Assembly (NCBI GenBank): GCA_963752595.1
Contig: CAVVYZ010000002.1
Span: forward strand, 288,001-352,000
Reading direction: 5' to 3'
Origin: an uncultured delta proteobacterium
Lineage (GTDB): Bacteria > Desulfobacterota > Desulfomonilia > UBA1062
DNA length: 64,000 nucleotides
In this document: positions 8,422-18,037 of the stretch, piece by piece
Numbering within the stretch: position 1 is the stretch's first letter
How the letters are laid out: every line of letters starts with the position of its first letter
The notes under the pieces: generated by a model
What the model saw: the letters and a program-made list of their open reading frames with translations, nothing else
Database searches by the model: none
Told to the model about the DNA's origin: nothing
Made by a program: the position numbers and the translations under genes

Positions 8422-10488
8422 CTATTTTTGCCGGGTGTATTCCACCATCCGGCTGAATGCATACATTGCACGCTCGGGGGTAGGGTATGTCGGCACGCCG
8501 AGCGGGAAGAAGCCCTCGTGAATATGCAGGATCTCCTTTTTCGTCCCGCCGTAATAGCTTGCAAATACCGGCTTGCCGGGATACTCCCGGACGATCTCGG
8601 CAAAGGCTTCTCCAATATCGAAGATCGTCTCGGGCATGAGGACGAAGATGATGAGGAGCGCATCGATGTCCTTCTGGGCGAGCATGCTTTTTGCGATATG
8701 GCTCATGGTTTTCTTCGAACCGTGCTGCTCCACAGCAGACCAGATATCCACCGGGTTTCGTACAGGTGCCCAGGCAGGCATCACCTCCCGGAGCTTTCTC
8801 AGTGTGCCGGACTTGAGTGCGGGGAGCTCTATACCGTACTCTTCTGCTGCATCGGTGGTTACCACGCATCCCATGCCCGTTATGGAGAACACGCCCATCC
8901 TGTTGCCGCGGGGCCGGGGAAGGGCTTCAAAGGCAGCAAGCGTATCAAAGAAGGCCTCGGAATCATGTACCCGCACCATGCCGGTTTTTCTGCAGACGGC
9001 ATCGAACACCGCATCCGAACCTGCCAGAGAGCCGGTATGAGAAGCTATGGCCGCTGCGCCTGCCTCGCTCCGACCGGATTTCACCACCACGACAGGCTTT
9101 TTCGAGCATGCTCGGGCAGCAGCCCGGACAAACCGTTCACCTTCCACTACTCCTTCCAGATACATGCCGATGGTCGTTGTCTGCTCGTCATCGGCAAGGT
9201 ATTCGAGAAGGTCGCTCTCGTTTACGTCGCCCTTGTTGCCGATGCAGGCTACTTTCGCGATGCCGAAAGGTTTGAAGTCGGCAATCCATCGCCCCCATCC
9301 CGAGGAAAATACTCCGGATTGACCGATGAGCGACACACCTCCGGATCGTATCTGTTCGAGCCCTACGATCGATGTGGCAAGACCGGCGCTTGGATTGATG
9401 GTGCCGATACTGTTGGGGCCCATGATCCTGATGCCTGCCTTGCGGGCCTGTGCAACGAGTTCTTTCTGTTCAGCGGCACCTGATTCTCCCATATCGGAGT
9501 AGCCGCCCGTGCTGAGGATGATATTATGGACACCCTTGGCTGCACAATCAGCAACTGCATCAAGCACGGCAGCCTTTGGGATCACGACCATGGCGAGGTC
9601 AACCGGTTCCGGCACGTCACTCACCCTGGGATACGCCTTCATGCCGAGGATTTCATGTGCCGTGGGATTGATGGGATAGATCCTGCCGTTAAAGCCTGCC
9701 TTCTGAAGATTGCGCAGGATGATATTGCCTCCCTTGCCCTGGCTCCTGGATGCACCGATGAGGGCAAAGGCACGCGGATTGAAGAAAGGATCCACCGTCT
9801 CCGGGGCGCAGGCCTTTGCTTTTGCAGCTCGCGGGCTGCCGGTATATCGTACGAGTGCATCGACCGCCGCTGCACCGTTTGGATGTGCGATGAGGGGGTT
9901 GATATCGATCTCGACAATGTCTCTGCGTTTTGAAATCAGCCGCGAGAGTGTGTGTAACGCCCTTGCGACAGTATCCAGGTCAACAGGCGCCATTGAGCGG
10001 TAACCACTCAGCATTGCAGAGCCCTTCATGCGCATCAGCATGGAGCGGGCGGATCCTACGCTCAGCGGCGCAAGCTCTATTACGGTATCGCGGAAGATCT
10101 CGGTAAAGATACCGCCGATGCCCACGAGAACCACCGGCCCGAAAATGGGGTCTCGTTTCGCACCCAGAATGAGCTCGATCCCCGGGCAGGCCATCTTCTG
10201 GACAAGGAGATCATGGGGAATATGTGCAAATGATGACCGGATGTCACGGCAGGCCTTCATGAAAACCTTCTCATCGGGGATATTCAGCACCACCCCGCCC
10301 TGGTCTGTCTTATGGAGTACGGCCTCGGAACAAACCTTGAGGGCAACGGGAAAGCCCAGTTTACCGGCAGCCGTTGCCGCCGCCCTTTCATCTCCGGCAA
10401 GGGCCTGCTCGACCACCGGAATGCCGCACTCCTTGAGCAGGAGCGCTCCCTCGTATTCGCTCATCGTGAGAATCTCGTGTCCTTTCAC
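8422..10488 (-). CDS. NDP-forming acyl-CoA synthetase (acetate-CoA ligase family), ATP-grasp domain first
   Basis: N-terminal GFPVALKV..HKTDQGGV, DPIFGPVVLVGIGG, EIDINPL; then CoA-binding ALIGAS..KGG, RIMGPNSIG and phospho-His SHTGSLAG. Confidence 0.9.
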   Translation of the reverse strand: MKGHEILTMSEYEGALLLKECGIPVVEQALAGDERAAATAAGKLGFPVALKVCSEAVLHKTDQGGVVLNIPDEKVFMKACRDIRSSFAHIPHDLLVQKMACPGIELILGAKRDPIFGPVVLVGIGGIFTEIFRDTVIELAPLSVGSARSMLMRMKGSAMLSGYRSMAPVDLDTVARALHTLSRLISKRRDIVEIDINPLIAHPNGAAAVDALVRYTGSPRAAKAKACAPETVDPFFNPRAFALIGASRSQGKGGNIILRNLQKAGFNGRIYPINPTAHEILGMKAYPRVSDVPEPVDLAMVVIPKAAVLDAVADCAAKGVHNIILSTGGYSDMGESGAAEQKELVAQARKAGIRIMGPNSIGTINPSAGLATSIVGLEQIRSGGVSLIGQSGVFSSGWGRWIADFKPFGIAKVACIGNKGDVNESDLLEYLADDEQTTTIGMYLEGVVEGERFVRAAARACSKKPVVVVKSGRSEAGAAAIASHTGSLAGSDAVFDAVCRKTGMVRVHDSEAFFDTLAAFEALPRPRGNRMGVFSITGMGCVVTTDAAEEYGIELPALKSGTLRKLREVMPAWAPVRNPVDIWSAVEQHGSKKTMSHIAKSMLAQKDIDALLIIFVLMPETIFDIGEAFAEIVREYPGKPVFASYYGGTKKEILHIHEGFFPLGVPTYPTPERAMYAFSRMVEYTRQK

Positions 10489-10504
10489 AGATGCCTCCCC
10501 TGTG

Positions 10505-10530
10505 ATGTATTGATACGTGAATCAGTACAT
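10505..10530. promoter_or_regulatory. Inverted repeat, candidate operator upstream of the acyl-CoA synthetase
   Basis: ATGTATTGAT-N6-ATCAGTACAT (one mismatch), 16 bp upstream of the GTG start. Confidence 0.45.
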
Positions 10531-10794
10531 ACCAGAAAGATTCCTATTGTGCAATGTCATGGACATTTAAAGAGTTAGCCAAATTACTCCATCTTTATTT
10601 GTTGTTTCTCGTGGGGATTGCCTCGCTGTTTTTCCATGAGATAAGAGGTGGATAATAAAACGGATGGCCAGGCTTTATTTACTGTTGAATCTTTTGTCAG
10701 GGTGAGTCACTCAGAACTTTTATTATTCAATCCTCCCCGTAAGGGCGGGATTATCCCTTAGACAAGGTAGCGCATTGTGTTATAAGGAGAAAAC

Positions 10795-11022
10795 ATGATC
10801 GAAAAGATACCGTTTTTACATAGGAAGCAGATGTACAACATCATCATCTGTGAAGACATCTCCTTCATGGCTCTGCACTGTATCCTGGATATTCTCATCG
10901 AGCAGGGTGTATTCGTCGGTGAAGATGAAACCGAAAACCCCGATCTGTATACCGTGGTTTACGAAGAAGTGAAGTACACCGTGGGTGTGGATGGGATCGA
11001 CGTCATGATCGCTTGTTCCTAA
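10795..11022 (+). CDS. Small acidic hypothetical protein
   Basis: AAGGAG SD; 9 bp from the next ORF. Confidence 0.6.
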   Translation: MIEKIPFLHRKQMYNIIICEDISFMALHCILDILIEQGVFVGEDETENPDLYTVVYEEVKYTVGVDGIDVMIACS

Positions 11023-11031
11023 CGGTGCGCC

Positions 11032-11853
11032 ATGACGGATATCCATCTCTGCCAGCCCGACTCCTGCAAATCCTGTGCTGCATGCTGCGGCATCTATAAT
11101 TATGTTGAGAATACCCGGCCCGAGCTCGCGAACAGGTTTGAGTACCGGGGGCTGCTCATGGCAAAGGTGCGGGGAGGCGGTCTGTCTCTTGATAAGTACC
11201 GGGAAATCATCAGGCACCGGGAGGACGGGAGAAGGATTTACAAGACCATCTATGCCTGCGAATTCGCAGGATTTCTCGATGAAGGGAAGAAGAGGGTAGG
11301 GTGCATGCTCCATCCCATGGTCACCGGAGGCTGCGACCTGAGGGTGCACAGCTTCTACGGCCGGGAGATCTGTGACGGCCATTTCTGCCCCAGCTACCAG
11401 AAACTGACGGACAACGAGGTGACGGCCGTCCTGGCTGTCGTGGACGACTGGTATCTCTACGGCAGCGTCATCACGGATATCGACTTCGTCAAAACCTTTT
11501 TCACCATTGTCCAGAACATCCTGGGCGAAGAGATCGCTCCGGAAGCGGTCAAGGCAAGCCCGATTCTCAGAGAGATCCTCCACAGGTATTTTTCCCTGAA
11601 GATCACCTGGCCCTTCCGCGATGTCTCCAGACCCAGATTCGGGAAATATTATTTTTTAGGCGAAGAGTATGATATAGACCGGATCGATTACGAGAGGCTC
11701 GGAGCCTCCGTTCCACCATATGATCCCATATTTTTAAGCCTTTCATCATCGTTTGGGACAAAAGATGAACTTGACCGGGCGGACACAACAATAGATAACC
11801 TTATCAAAGGTTTCTGTGATGAATACGGAAGAGCTCATAACGCGCATCGTTGA
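11032..11853 (+). CDS. Cys-rich hypothetical protein (YkgJ/zinc- or iron-chelating-like)
   Basis: CQPDSCKSCAACCG, CEF, GCMLH, CDGHFC; overlaps the nadC start. Confidence 0.7.
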   Translation: MTDIHLCQPDSCKSCAACCGIYNYVENTRPELANRFEYRGLLMAKVRGGGLSLDKYREIIRHREDGRRIYKTIYACEFAGFLDEGKKRVGCMLHPMVTGGCDLRVHSFYGREICDGHFCPSYQKLTDNEVTAVLAVVDDWYLYGSVITDIDFVKTFFTIVQNILGEEIAPEAVKASPILREILHRYFSLKITWPFRDVSRPRFGKYYFLGEEYDIDRIDYERLGASVPPYDPIFLSLSSSFGTKDELDRADTTIDNLIKGFCDEYGRAHNAHR

Positions 11854-12652
11854 CCTTGCCCTTGCCGAAGACGGGGAAGATATTACCTCCACGGCCATCT
11901 TTCCTCCCGGCGAGCAGATGAGGGCTGTACTGAAGGCAAAGGCGGAAGGGGTGCTGGCAGGTATTGAGGTCGTGCACACGGTTTTTCAGCGGGTAGACCC
12001 TTTGATCAGGTGCGATTTTCTCAAGCAAGACGGTGATGAGCTGGAGCCGGGAGACACCATAGGAACGGTCCTCGGACCTGCAGTGGGGGTCCTCAGGGGA
12101 GAGCGCACAGCGCTCAACTTCCTGCAGCGCATGTCCGGCATTGCCACGAGGACAGCCCAATACGTGCGCCTAACCGAAGGGACAAAGGCGAAGATCCTCG
12201 ATACCAGAAAAACCGCACCGGGGCAGAGGATTCTGGATAAATATGCCGTGAAGACGGGCGGCGGCATGAACCACCGGATGGGCCTCTGGGATATGGCGCT
12301 CATCAAGGATAACCACATCGACCGGGAAGGTTCCGTGGAAGGCGCAGTGAGAAAGGTCAAAGAGTCCTGCCCGGGTATACCTGTAGAGGTGGAAGCACGG
12401 ACCCTGTCCGACGTGGAAAAGCTCCTCGGAATCGGTGTGGACAGGATCATGCTCGATAACTTCTCCGTCGAGAGTATGAAAAAGGCGGTAGATCTGGTGA
12501 GCGGGCGCATACCGCTGGAAGCCTCGGGAGGCATAACTCTGGAAACGGTCAGGGCTGTGGCTCTGACCGGAGTGGATTATATCTCTGTCGGAGACATCAC
12601 GCATTCGATCCGGGCACTCGACATTTCCCTGATTATCGAAGGGACACCATGA
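11819..12652 (+). CDS. nadC: Nicotinate-nucleotide pyrophosphorylase (carboxylating)
   Basis: ERTALNFLQRMSGIAT, DTRKTAPG, NHRMGL, LIKDNH, IMLDNF, EASGGI. Confidence 0.97.
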   Translation: MNTEELITRIVDLALAEDGEDITSTAIFPPGEQMRAVLKAKAEGVLAGIEVVHTVFQRVDPLIRCDFLKQDGDELEPGDTIGTVLGPAVGVLRGERTALNFLQRMSGIATRTAQYVRLTEGTKAKILDTRKTAPGQRILDKYAVKTGGGMNHRMGLWDMALIKDNHIDREGSVEGAVRKVKESCPGIPVEVEARTLSDVEKLLGIGVDRIMLDNFSVESMKKAVDLVSGRIPLEASGGITLETVRAVALTGVDYISVGDITHSIRALDISLIIEGTP

Positions 12653-13680
12653 CAGACAGCGAAGCCAGAGACATCATCATTGCAAAGAAGAAAGAGCTGG
12701 GCGAGAACCTCATTATCCTGGGGCACCACTACCAGAGCGATGAAGTGGCAGCATGTGCGGACTTCGTGGGAGATTCCCTGGAACTCGCACGGAAAGCCTC
12801 CCAGATCGATAAAGCCAGGTTCGTCGTGTTCTGCGGGGTCTACTTCATGGCCGAGAGCGCGGCCGTCCTCGCTCCTGATAAATCCGTATACATCCCTGAC
12901 CTTAAGGCCGGATGTCCCCTTGCCGATATGGCGGGCTACGACGATGTCGTGAAGGCATGGGATCGTATCACCCGTGCATCGGGTTTTGTAATCCCGGTTT
13001 CCTATGTCAACTCGTCGGCTTTGATAAAGGCCTTCTGCGGTAAGCACGGCGGGGTTATCTGTACGTCGGGGAACTCATTGAAGATCCTTCAATGGGCATT
13101 TGAAAGGGCGGAAAAGGTGTTTTTCCTGCCGGATATGAACCTCGGGCACAACACTGCTCGGAAGATGGGGATACCGGACGGTCGGATCGTCCTGTGGGAT
13201 CCTGAGAAGACGGACGGCGGTCTCGATGAGGCGGACATGGAGAGGGCGAAGATCATCCTGTGGAAAGGGTGGTGCCCGGTACACTGGCCGCAGTTTAAGC
13301 CTGATGATGTGGACGCGGTGAAGGCGAGGTATCCGGGCATCAAGGTCATCGTCCATCCGGAATCGGACCCGCAAACGGTGGCTGCATCGGATGCATCCGG
13401 TTCAACCGCCGCCATCCTTGAATATATCCGGGATATGTCTCCCGGTGAAAGCCTCGCGATCGGTACGGAGGCCAATATGGTAAAACGGGCTGCTCACCAG
13501 AACCGGTCCGTTCGGATCGTTCCCTTAAGGGAAGTATACTGCGACGACATGGCCGGAATAACCTTGCCGAAACTGGCCGACACCCTGCTGCACTTAGGCG
13601 ACGAAACCTACCGGGTCACGGTGCCCGAGGATGTCGCCGGTGATGCTCGCGTCTCCCTTACGAACATGTTGAGGATATAA
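12649..13680 (+). CDS. nadA: Quinolinate synthase
   Basis: ILGHHYQ, GDSLEL, FCGVYFMAE, AGCPLAD, WKGWCPVH, VHPE. Confidence 0.97.
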   Translation: MTDSEARDIIIAKKKELGENLIILGHHYQSDEVAACADFVGDSLELARKASQIDKARFVVFCGVYFMAESAAVLAPDKSVYIPDLKAGCPLADMAGYDDVVKAWDRITRASGFVIPVSYVNSSALIKAFCGKHGGVICTSGNSLKILQWAFERAEKVFFLPDMNLGHNTARKMGIPDGRIVLWDPEKTDGGLDEADMERAKIILWKGWCPVHWPQFKPDDVDAVKARYPGIKVIVHPESDPQTVAASDASGSTAAILEYIRDMSPGESLAIGTEANMVKRAAHQNRSVRIVPLREVYCDDMAGITLPKLADTLLHLGDETYRVTVPEDVAGDARVSLTNMLRI

Positions 13681-13682
13681 AG

Positions 13683-15329
13683 ATGGCGGATGTGGTAAAG
13701 GAAACAGAGTGTCTTATCATCGGGACCGGTATCGCAGGGGCTACGTGCGCATACATTGCAGCTCAATCAGGTTTAAAGGTCTGCCTCCTCACCAAGCGGT
13801 CGGACCCGACGGCAACGAACACGAACCGTGCCCAGGGGGGCATTGTGTATGCCGGCAATGGAGACAGCCCTGAACTCCTCAAGCACGACATCATGGAAGC
13901 AGGAAGGTATCTCAACAGCATCGAGGCTGTCGAGTACCTGTCCCAGAACGGCCCCAGAGTGGTCAAGAAAATCCTCATCGATGAGTTGAAGGTTAATTTT
14001 ACGCATCTCAAGGGTCCCGAGGACGAGAATTACGACCTCACCCGTGAGGGGGCGCACTCCATAAACCGCATCCTGTATTCTGCCGATCATACGGGACGGG
14101 AAATCGAAGAGGCTCTTATCGATGCACTGAAAAAACAGAGCAATGTAGAAATCATCACAAACGCCACGGTCATAGACCTCATCACCCTCCATCACCATTC
14201 AACGGATATCCAGTCCCGGTATATTCTGGAAGACAGGTGTGCGGGCGCATATGTATACATGGAGCACGCCAAGGAGGTGCTCACCGTACTGGCCCAGTAT
14301 ACGGTGCTGGCCACAGGAGGGGTCGGAGACATTTATCTCCACTCCACGAGCGAGAAGGGTACGGTGGGAGACGGCATCGTCATGGCAGAGAGAGCCGGGG
14401 CCAACGTCATCAACATGGAGTTCGTACAGTTCCACCCTACCACCCTCTACATACCGGGGGCGAGGAGATTCCTCATGTCCGAGGCTCTCAGGGGCGAAGG
14501 TGCGAGGCTGCTGAACCTGCGGGGCGAGTATTTCATGGACAAGTACAATCCCGGGCTCAAGGACCTTGCGCCGAGAGACGAAGTGACAATCGCCATCTGG
14601 GACGAAATGCTGGAAAACTCCGAGGAGCATGTCTTGCTCGATATAGCGAACTATGTGGATGAGGATATACCGGTGAGGTTTCCGAGCATTTATGCTACGT
14701 GCAAGGAGGCCGGAATCGATATCACGAAGGAACCTGTGCCCGTGGTCCCTGCTGCACACTACCTGTGCGGAGGTGTTCAGGTGAACACCCTCGGAAGGAC
14801 TACCCTGAAAGGTCTCTATGCAGTGGGAGAGGTTTCTTGTACCGGCCTCCACGGGGCGAACAGGCTTGCATCAACCTCGCTTCTCGAAGGGCTCGTCTGG
14901 GGCTGTTATGCAGCCAAGGATATCGCGGTAAAGATCAATGCCGGAGAGACCATCGGGTTTAAGATGCTCAAGTCCGTACGGGACTGGATCCCCACCGGGA
15001 ATGTGGAAAATGAGGACCCGGCCCTCATCGCCCAGGACTGGGTTTCCATCAAGAGCACTATGTGGAATTACGTGGGCATTGTCAGGACAAGACAGAGGCT
15101 CAAGATAGCTATCGAAGACTTAAGGCATATGTATCTGCGCATCGAGGATTTCTACCGGGAAACGCCGGTATCGAAGGATATCATCAGCCTTTTCCACGGG
15201 ACGCAGTCCGCGATCCTGGTGGCGGATGCAGCGCTCAGGAACCAGAATTCCATCGGGTGCCACTTCCTCCGCGACTATAAAGGCTCGCCCCGGTCATATC
15301 CCGCGTTGCGGCGTGACGATAACCGCTGA
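13683..15329 (+). CDS. nadB: L-aspartate oxidase
   Basis: IIGTGIAG, AQGGI, REGAHS, MEFVQFHPT, SEALRGEG, LAPRD, HGANRLASTSLLEG. Confidence 0.96.
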   Translation: MADVVKETECLIIGTGIAGATCAYIAAQSGLKVCLLTKRSDPTATNTNRAQGGIVYAGNGDSPELLKHDIMEAGRYLNSIEAVEYLSQNGPRVVKKILIDELKVNFTHLKGPEDENYDLTREGAHSINRILYSADHTGREIEEALIDALKKQSNVEIITNATVIDLITLHHHSTDIQSRYILEDRCAGAYVYMEHAKEVLTVLAQYTVLATGGVGDIYLHSTSEKGTVGDGIVMAERAGANVINMEFVQFHPTTLYIPGARRFLMSEALRGEGARLLNLRGEYFMDKYNPGLKDLAPRDEVTIAIWDEMLENSEEHVLLDIANYVDEDIPVRFPSIYATCKEAGIDITKEPVPVVPAAHYLCGGVQVNTLGRTTLKGLYAVGEVSCTGLHGANRLASTSLLEGLVWGCYAAKDIAVKINAGETIGFKMLKSVRDWIPTGNVENEDPALIAQDWVSIKSTMWNYVGIVRTRQRLKIAIEDLRHMYLRIEDFYRETPVSKDIISLFHGTQSAILVADAALRNQNSIGCHFLRDYKGSPRSYPALRRDDNR

Positions 15330-15518
15330 TAAGTTTCTTTATGGTCATATTGCCATACTATGGCGCGATAACCCTTTCTTTTGCAGTGGTATTGTTCCCT
15401 TACCCTGGATCTTAGGTGAATTAATTACTTAAATATCAAATAGATATACGATACATTCTCTGTGGCACGCCATTCGCATTTACCCTGGCCAGCAAATAGA
15501 AGGTAATCGGAGAAAAGA

Positions 15519-15815
15519 ATGAGTTCTCAGGAAAAGTCAGAGAGACTCTGTGATATATGCTCGTCCATAGATGTTGCGTCGACGTGCGAAGGCTGCGGAA
15601 AGTCATTGTGCAAAAGATGCCGGAGCATGGAAATATACGGCTCAAAGAATCTGGAAGTCACGGTTAAGTACTTCTGCCCGTCCTGCAGCAAGAACCCGAA
15701 GATCAATCCATCCTTGGGTTGTAAAAAGATATTCGGGCTCGAACACGTCACCGATATGGTCAATCAGGACCAGTCCAAAGGCAGCCGGTTCAAGATCAAA
15801 CTCAAGATGCCTTGA
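15519..15815 (+). CDS. Small zinc-finger protein (four CxxC motifs)
   Basis: CDIC, CEGC, CKRC, CPSC; GGAG SD. Confidence 0.7.
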   Translation: MSSQEKSERLCDICSSIDVASTCEGCGKSLCKRCRSMEIYGSKNLEVTVKYFCPSCSKNPKINPSLGCKKIFGLEHVTDMVNQDQSKGSRFKIKLKMP

Positions 15816-15969
15816 TGCCGGAATAATAACAAAGGTTATGGCAGATACACCAGAGTATCTATGGTGCCGGGACCAAATCCCCCAAACCGTGTAGGGCCAA
15901 TAAGCCATAAGCCATGCATGGACTATAAATAAAAGACATAATAACAATGACATATAAATTATCAAGAGC

Positions 15970-15984
15970 TGGCATGCATTTCGC
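15970..15984 (+). promoter_or_regulatory. Sigma54 (-24/-12) promoter candidate
   Basis: TGGCATGCATTTCGC matches TGGCACG-N4-TTGC with exact GG-N10-GC spacing; upstream DNA is AT-rich. Confidence 0.55.
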
Positions 15985-16265
15985 TATTTCATAGAGATAG
16001 CAGGGGCTTTTTAGTTCTTTGATAAAGAATGAAAAACATAGGAAAGATCGTAACACAGAGTGCAGAAGATTTACTAAAGGCATGCGCATCGGCTCGATGA
16101 CTGCATATAAGGAAAACAGGCAGTGCGGATATTCTAAGTATGGAATATCTACTGGGGTGATGTCGTTCCCCTTTTATGCCGTGAGGCAGTGGCAAGCCCT
16201 GTAAGCCGCATGCCTAAGATCCATCAGTACTCTTTACAAAGCTTAACTGAAACCTCCTTTTTGAT

Positions 16266-16331
16266 GCCAGAAGAAGGGACAGATTGATACTCCGCTACTG
16301 TCCCCCACACCTTATCTTCTGGCTTTTTTTT
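16266..16331 (+). terminator. Long hairpin plus T-tract, intrinsic terminator
   Basis: GCCAGAAGAAGGGACAG ... CTGTCCC ... CCTTATCTTCTGGC followed by T8. Confidence 0.7.
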
Positions 16332-16381
16332 GTCCTCATGGTCCCATTCTCCAAATACCGTGATGGATTGGGGAAAATACC

Positions 16382-16410
16382 TTGACAATAGGCTTAAGTT
16401 TCATTAATAG
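16382..16410 (+). promoter_or_regulatory. Candidate sigma70 promoter for the rplU operon
   Basis: Perfect TTGACA at 16382; the -10 region (CATTAATAG) is AT-rich and imperfect. Confidence 0.45.
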
Positions 16411-16453
16411 CTCTTCATCTTTCTCTTAAGAAGAGAAACTCAGGAGTACAACT

Positions 16454-16774
16454 ATGTATGCAGTGATAAAGACTGGCGGGAAACAGTATAAGGTCGAAGA
16501 AGGCGACAGAATCCAGATCGAGAAGCTCGAAGCTGCGAGCGGCGATACGGTGACTTTCGAAGAAGTCCTCTTCGTCGGAGGAGACGAATATAAACTCGGC
16601 GCACCAAAGCTCCGGGGCGCTACGGTCAGCGGCACGATCGTACGGCAGATGCGGGCAAAGAAGATCATCGTTTTCAAGATGAAGAGAAGGAAAGGGTACC
16701 ATAAGAAAAAGGGCCACCGGCAGTACCTTACCGAGATCTTTATCACGAAGATCGATGCAGGCAAGGAGGCGTAA
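16454..16774 (+). CDS. rplU: 50S ribosomal protein L21
   Basis: [24 protein letters not shown]. Confidence 0.99.
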   Translation: MYAVIKTGGKQYKVEEGDRIQIEKLEAASGDTVTFEEVLFVGGDEYKLGAPKLRGATVSGTIVRQMRAKKIIVFKMKRRKGYHKKKGHRQYLTEIFITKIDAGKEA

Positions 16775-16777
16775 TCC

Positions 16778-17038
16778 ATGGCTCACAAGAAATCAGGCGG
16801 AACTTCCCGCAACGGACGCGACACAGCAGGGAAACGGCTTGGAGTAAAACGCTTCGACGGCCAGCAGGTGAAGGCAGGCAGCATTATCGTGCGCCAGAGG
16901 GGGACTAAGGTCCATCCTGGTCAGAACGTCGGCTGCGGCAGGGATTATACCCTGTTTGCCCTGACTGACGGTGTCGTGAAGTTTGAAACACTCTTCAACA
17001 AGAAAAAGAGGGTGAGCATCGTCGAAACCGCTGTATAA
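16778..17038 (+). CDS. rpmA: 50S ribosomal protein L27
   Basis: [29 protein letters not shown]. Confidence 0.99.
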   Translation: MAHKKSGGTSRNGRDTAGKRLGVKRFDGQQVKAGSIIVRQRGTKVHPGQNVGCGRDYTLFALTDGVVKFETLFNKKKRVSIVETAV

Positions 17039-17041
17039 AAC

Positions 17042-18037
17042 ATGGACTTTATCGATGAGTCCAAGATTTATGTAAAGGCCGGTGACGGCGGTAACGGTTG
17101 TTGTTCGTTTCGCAGAGAGAAATTTGTTCCCAAAGGCGGCCCTGACGGCGGCGACGGTGGAAAAGGCGGGGATATAATCATCGAAGCATCCCCCCACTTC
17201 CACACCCTGCTCGATCAGCGCTACCATCCGCATTACAAATCCCAAAGAGGGCAGCACGGCAAGGGAAAGAACTGTACCGGGAGGTCGGGTGATGACCTGA
17301 TCATTCATGTTCCCGTGGGTACGGTCGTAAAAGACTATGCGAGTGGAGAGATCATTGCCGATCTCGTCACGGAAGGCCAGACGATCGTCATTGCGCGGGG
17401 AGGAGGCGGCGGCAGGGGCAATGCAAAGTTCGCTACGCCCACGCTGCAGGCCCCGCGGTACTGCGAGCACGGGAAACCCGGGGAAGAAAAGGATTTTCTC
17501 CTCGAGCTCAAGCTCCTGGCCGATGTCGGCCTCGTCGGATTTCCCAATGCAGGAAAGTCCACGCTCATCTCGCGGGTATCGAGCGCACGGCCCAAGATTG
17601 CCGATTATCCCTTCACCACCCTTGCCCCCAACCTCGGTATGGTCAGGTGGAAGAATAACGATTTCGTCATGGCGGACATCCCGGGCATTATCGAAGGGGC
17701 GCACGAGGGGGTCGGCCTGGGCCTGAAGTTCCTCAGGCACATCGAGAGGACCAGGATCATTGTCTATATGATCGATCTCTCTCCATTCACGCAGCGGGAC
17801 CCGAAAGAGGAATTCATCATCCTGAGGCGAGAGCTCGAAGCGTATTCTCCCGAGCTTGTCACCCGCAAGCAGATCGTGATCCTGAACAAATGCGATCTTG
17901 CCGAGGCAAGAGGGAGGGCGAAAGACGTAGTTGCCTTTGTAAAAGACAAGGGGTATCCTTGCTTTATCGCTTCAGCCGCTACCGGTGAAGGGATAGATAC
18001 TGTGCTGGATGAGATGATAAAGGACCTCAATGGATAA
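17042..18037 (+). CDS. obgE: GTPase ObgE/CgtA
   Basis: FRREKFVPKGGPDGGDGG, GFPNAGKST, YPFTT, DIPG, NKCD. Confidence 0.98.
   Translation: MDFIDESKIYVKAGDGGNGCCSFRREKFVPKGGPDGGDGGKGGDIIIEASPHFHTLLDQRYHPHYKSQRGQHGKGKNCTGRSGDDLIIHVPVGTVVKDYASGEIIADLVTEGQTIVIARGGGGGRGNAKFATPTLQAPRYCEHGKPGEEKDFLLELKLLADVGLVGFPNAGKSTLISRVSSARPKIADYPFTTLAPNLGMVRWKNNDFVMADIPGIIEGAHEGVGLGLKFLRHIERTRIIVYMIDLSPFTQRDPKEEFIILRRELEAYSPELVTRKQIVILNKCDLAEARGRAKDVVAFVKDKGYPCFIASAATGEGIDTVLDEMIKDLNG

Noticed and set aside
16140-16230. c-di-GMP-I or cobalamin riboswitch
   Set aside because: It has a GNRA hairpin and GCAAGCC/CTGTAA-like words, but the conserved cores and spacing are missing. It is kept only as part of the sRNA candidate.
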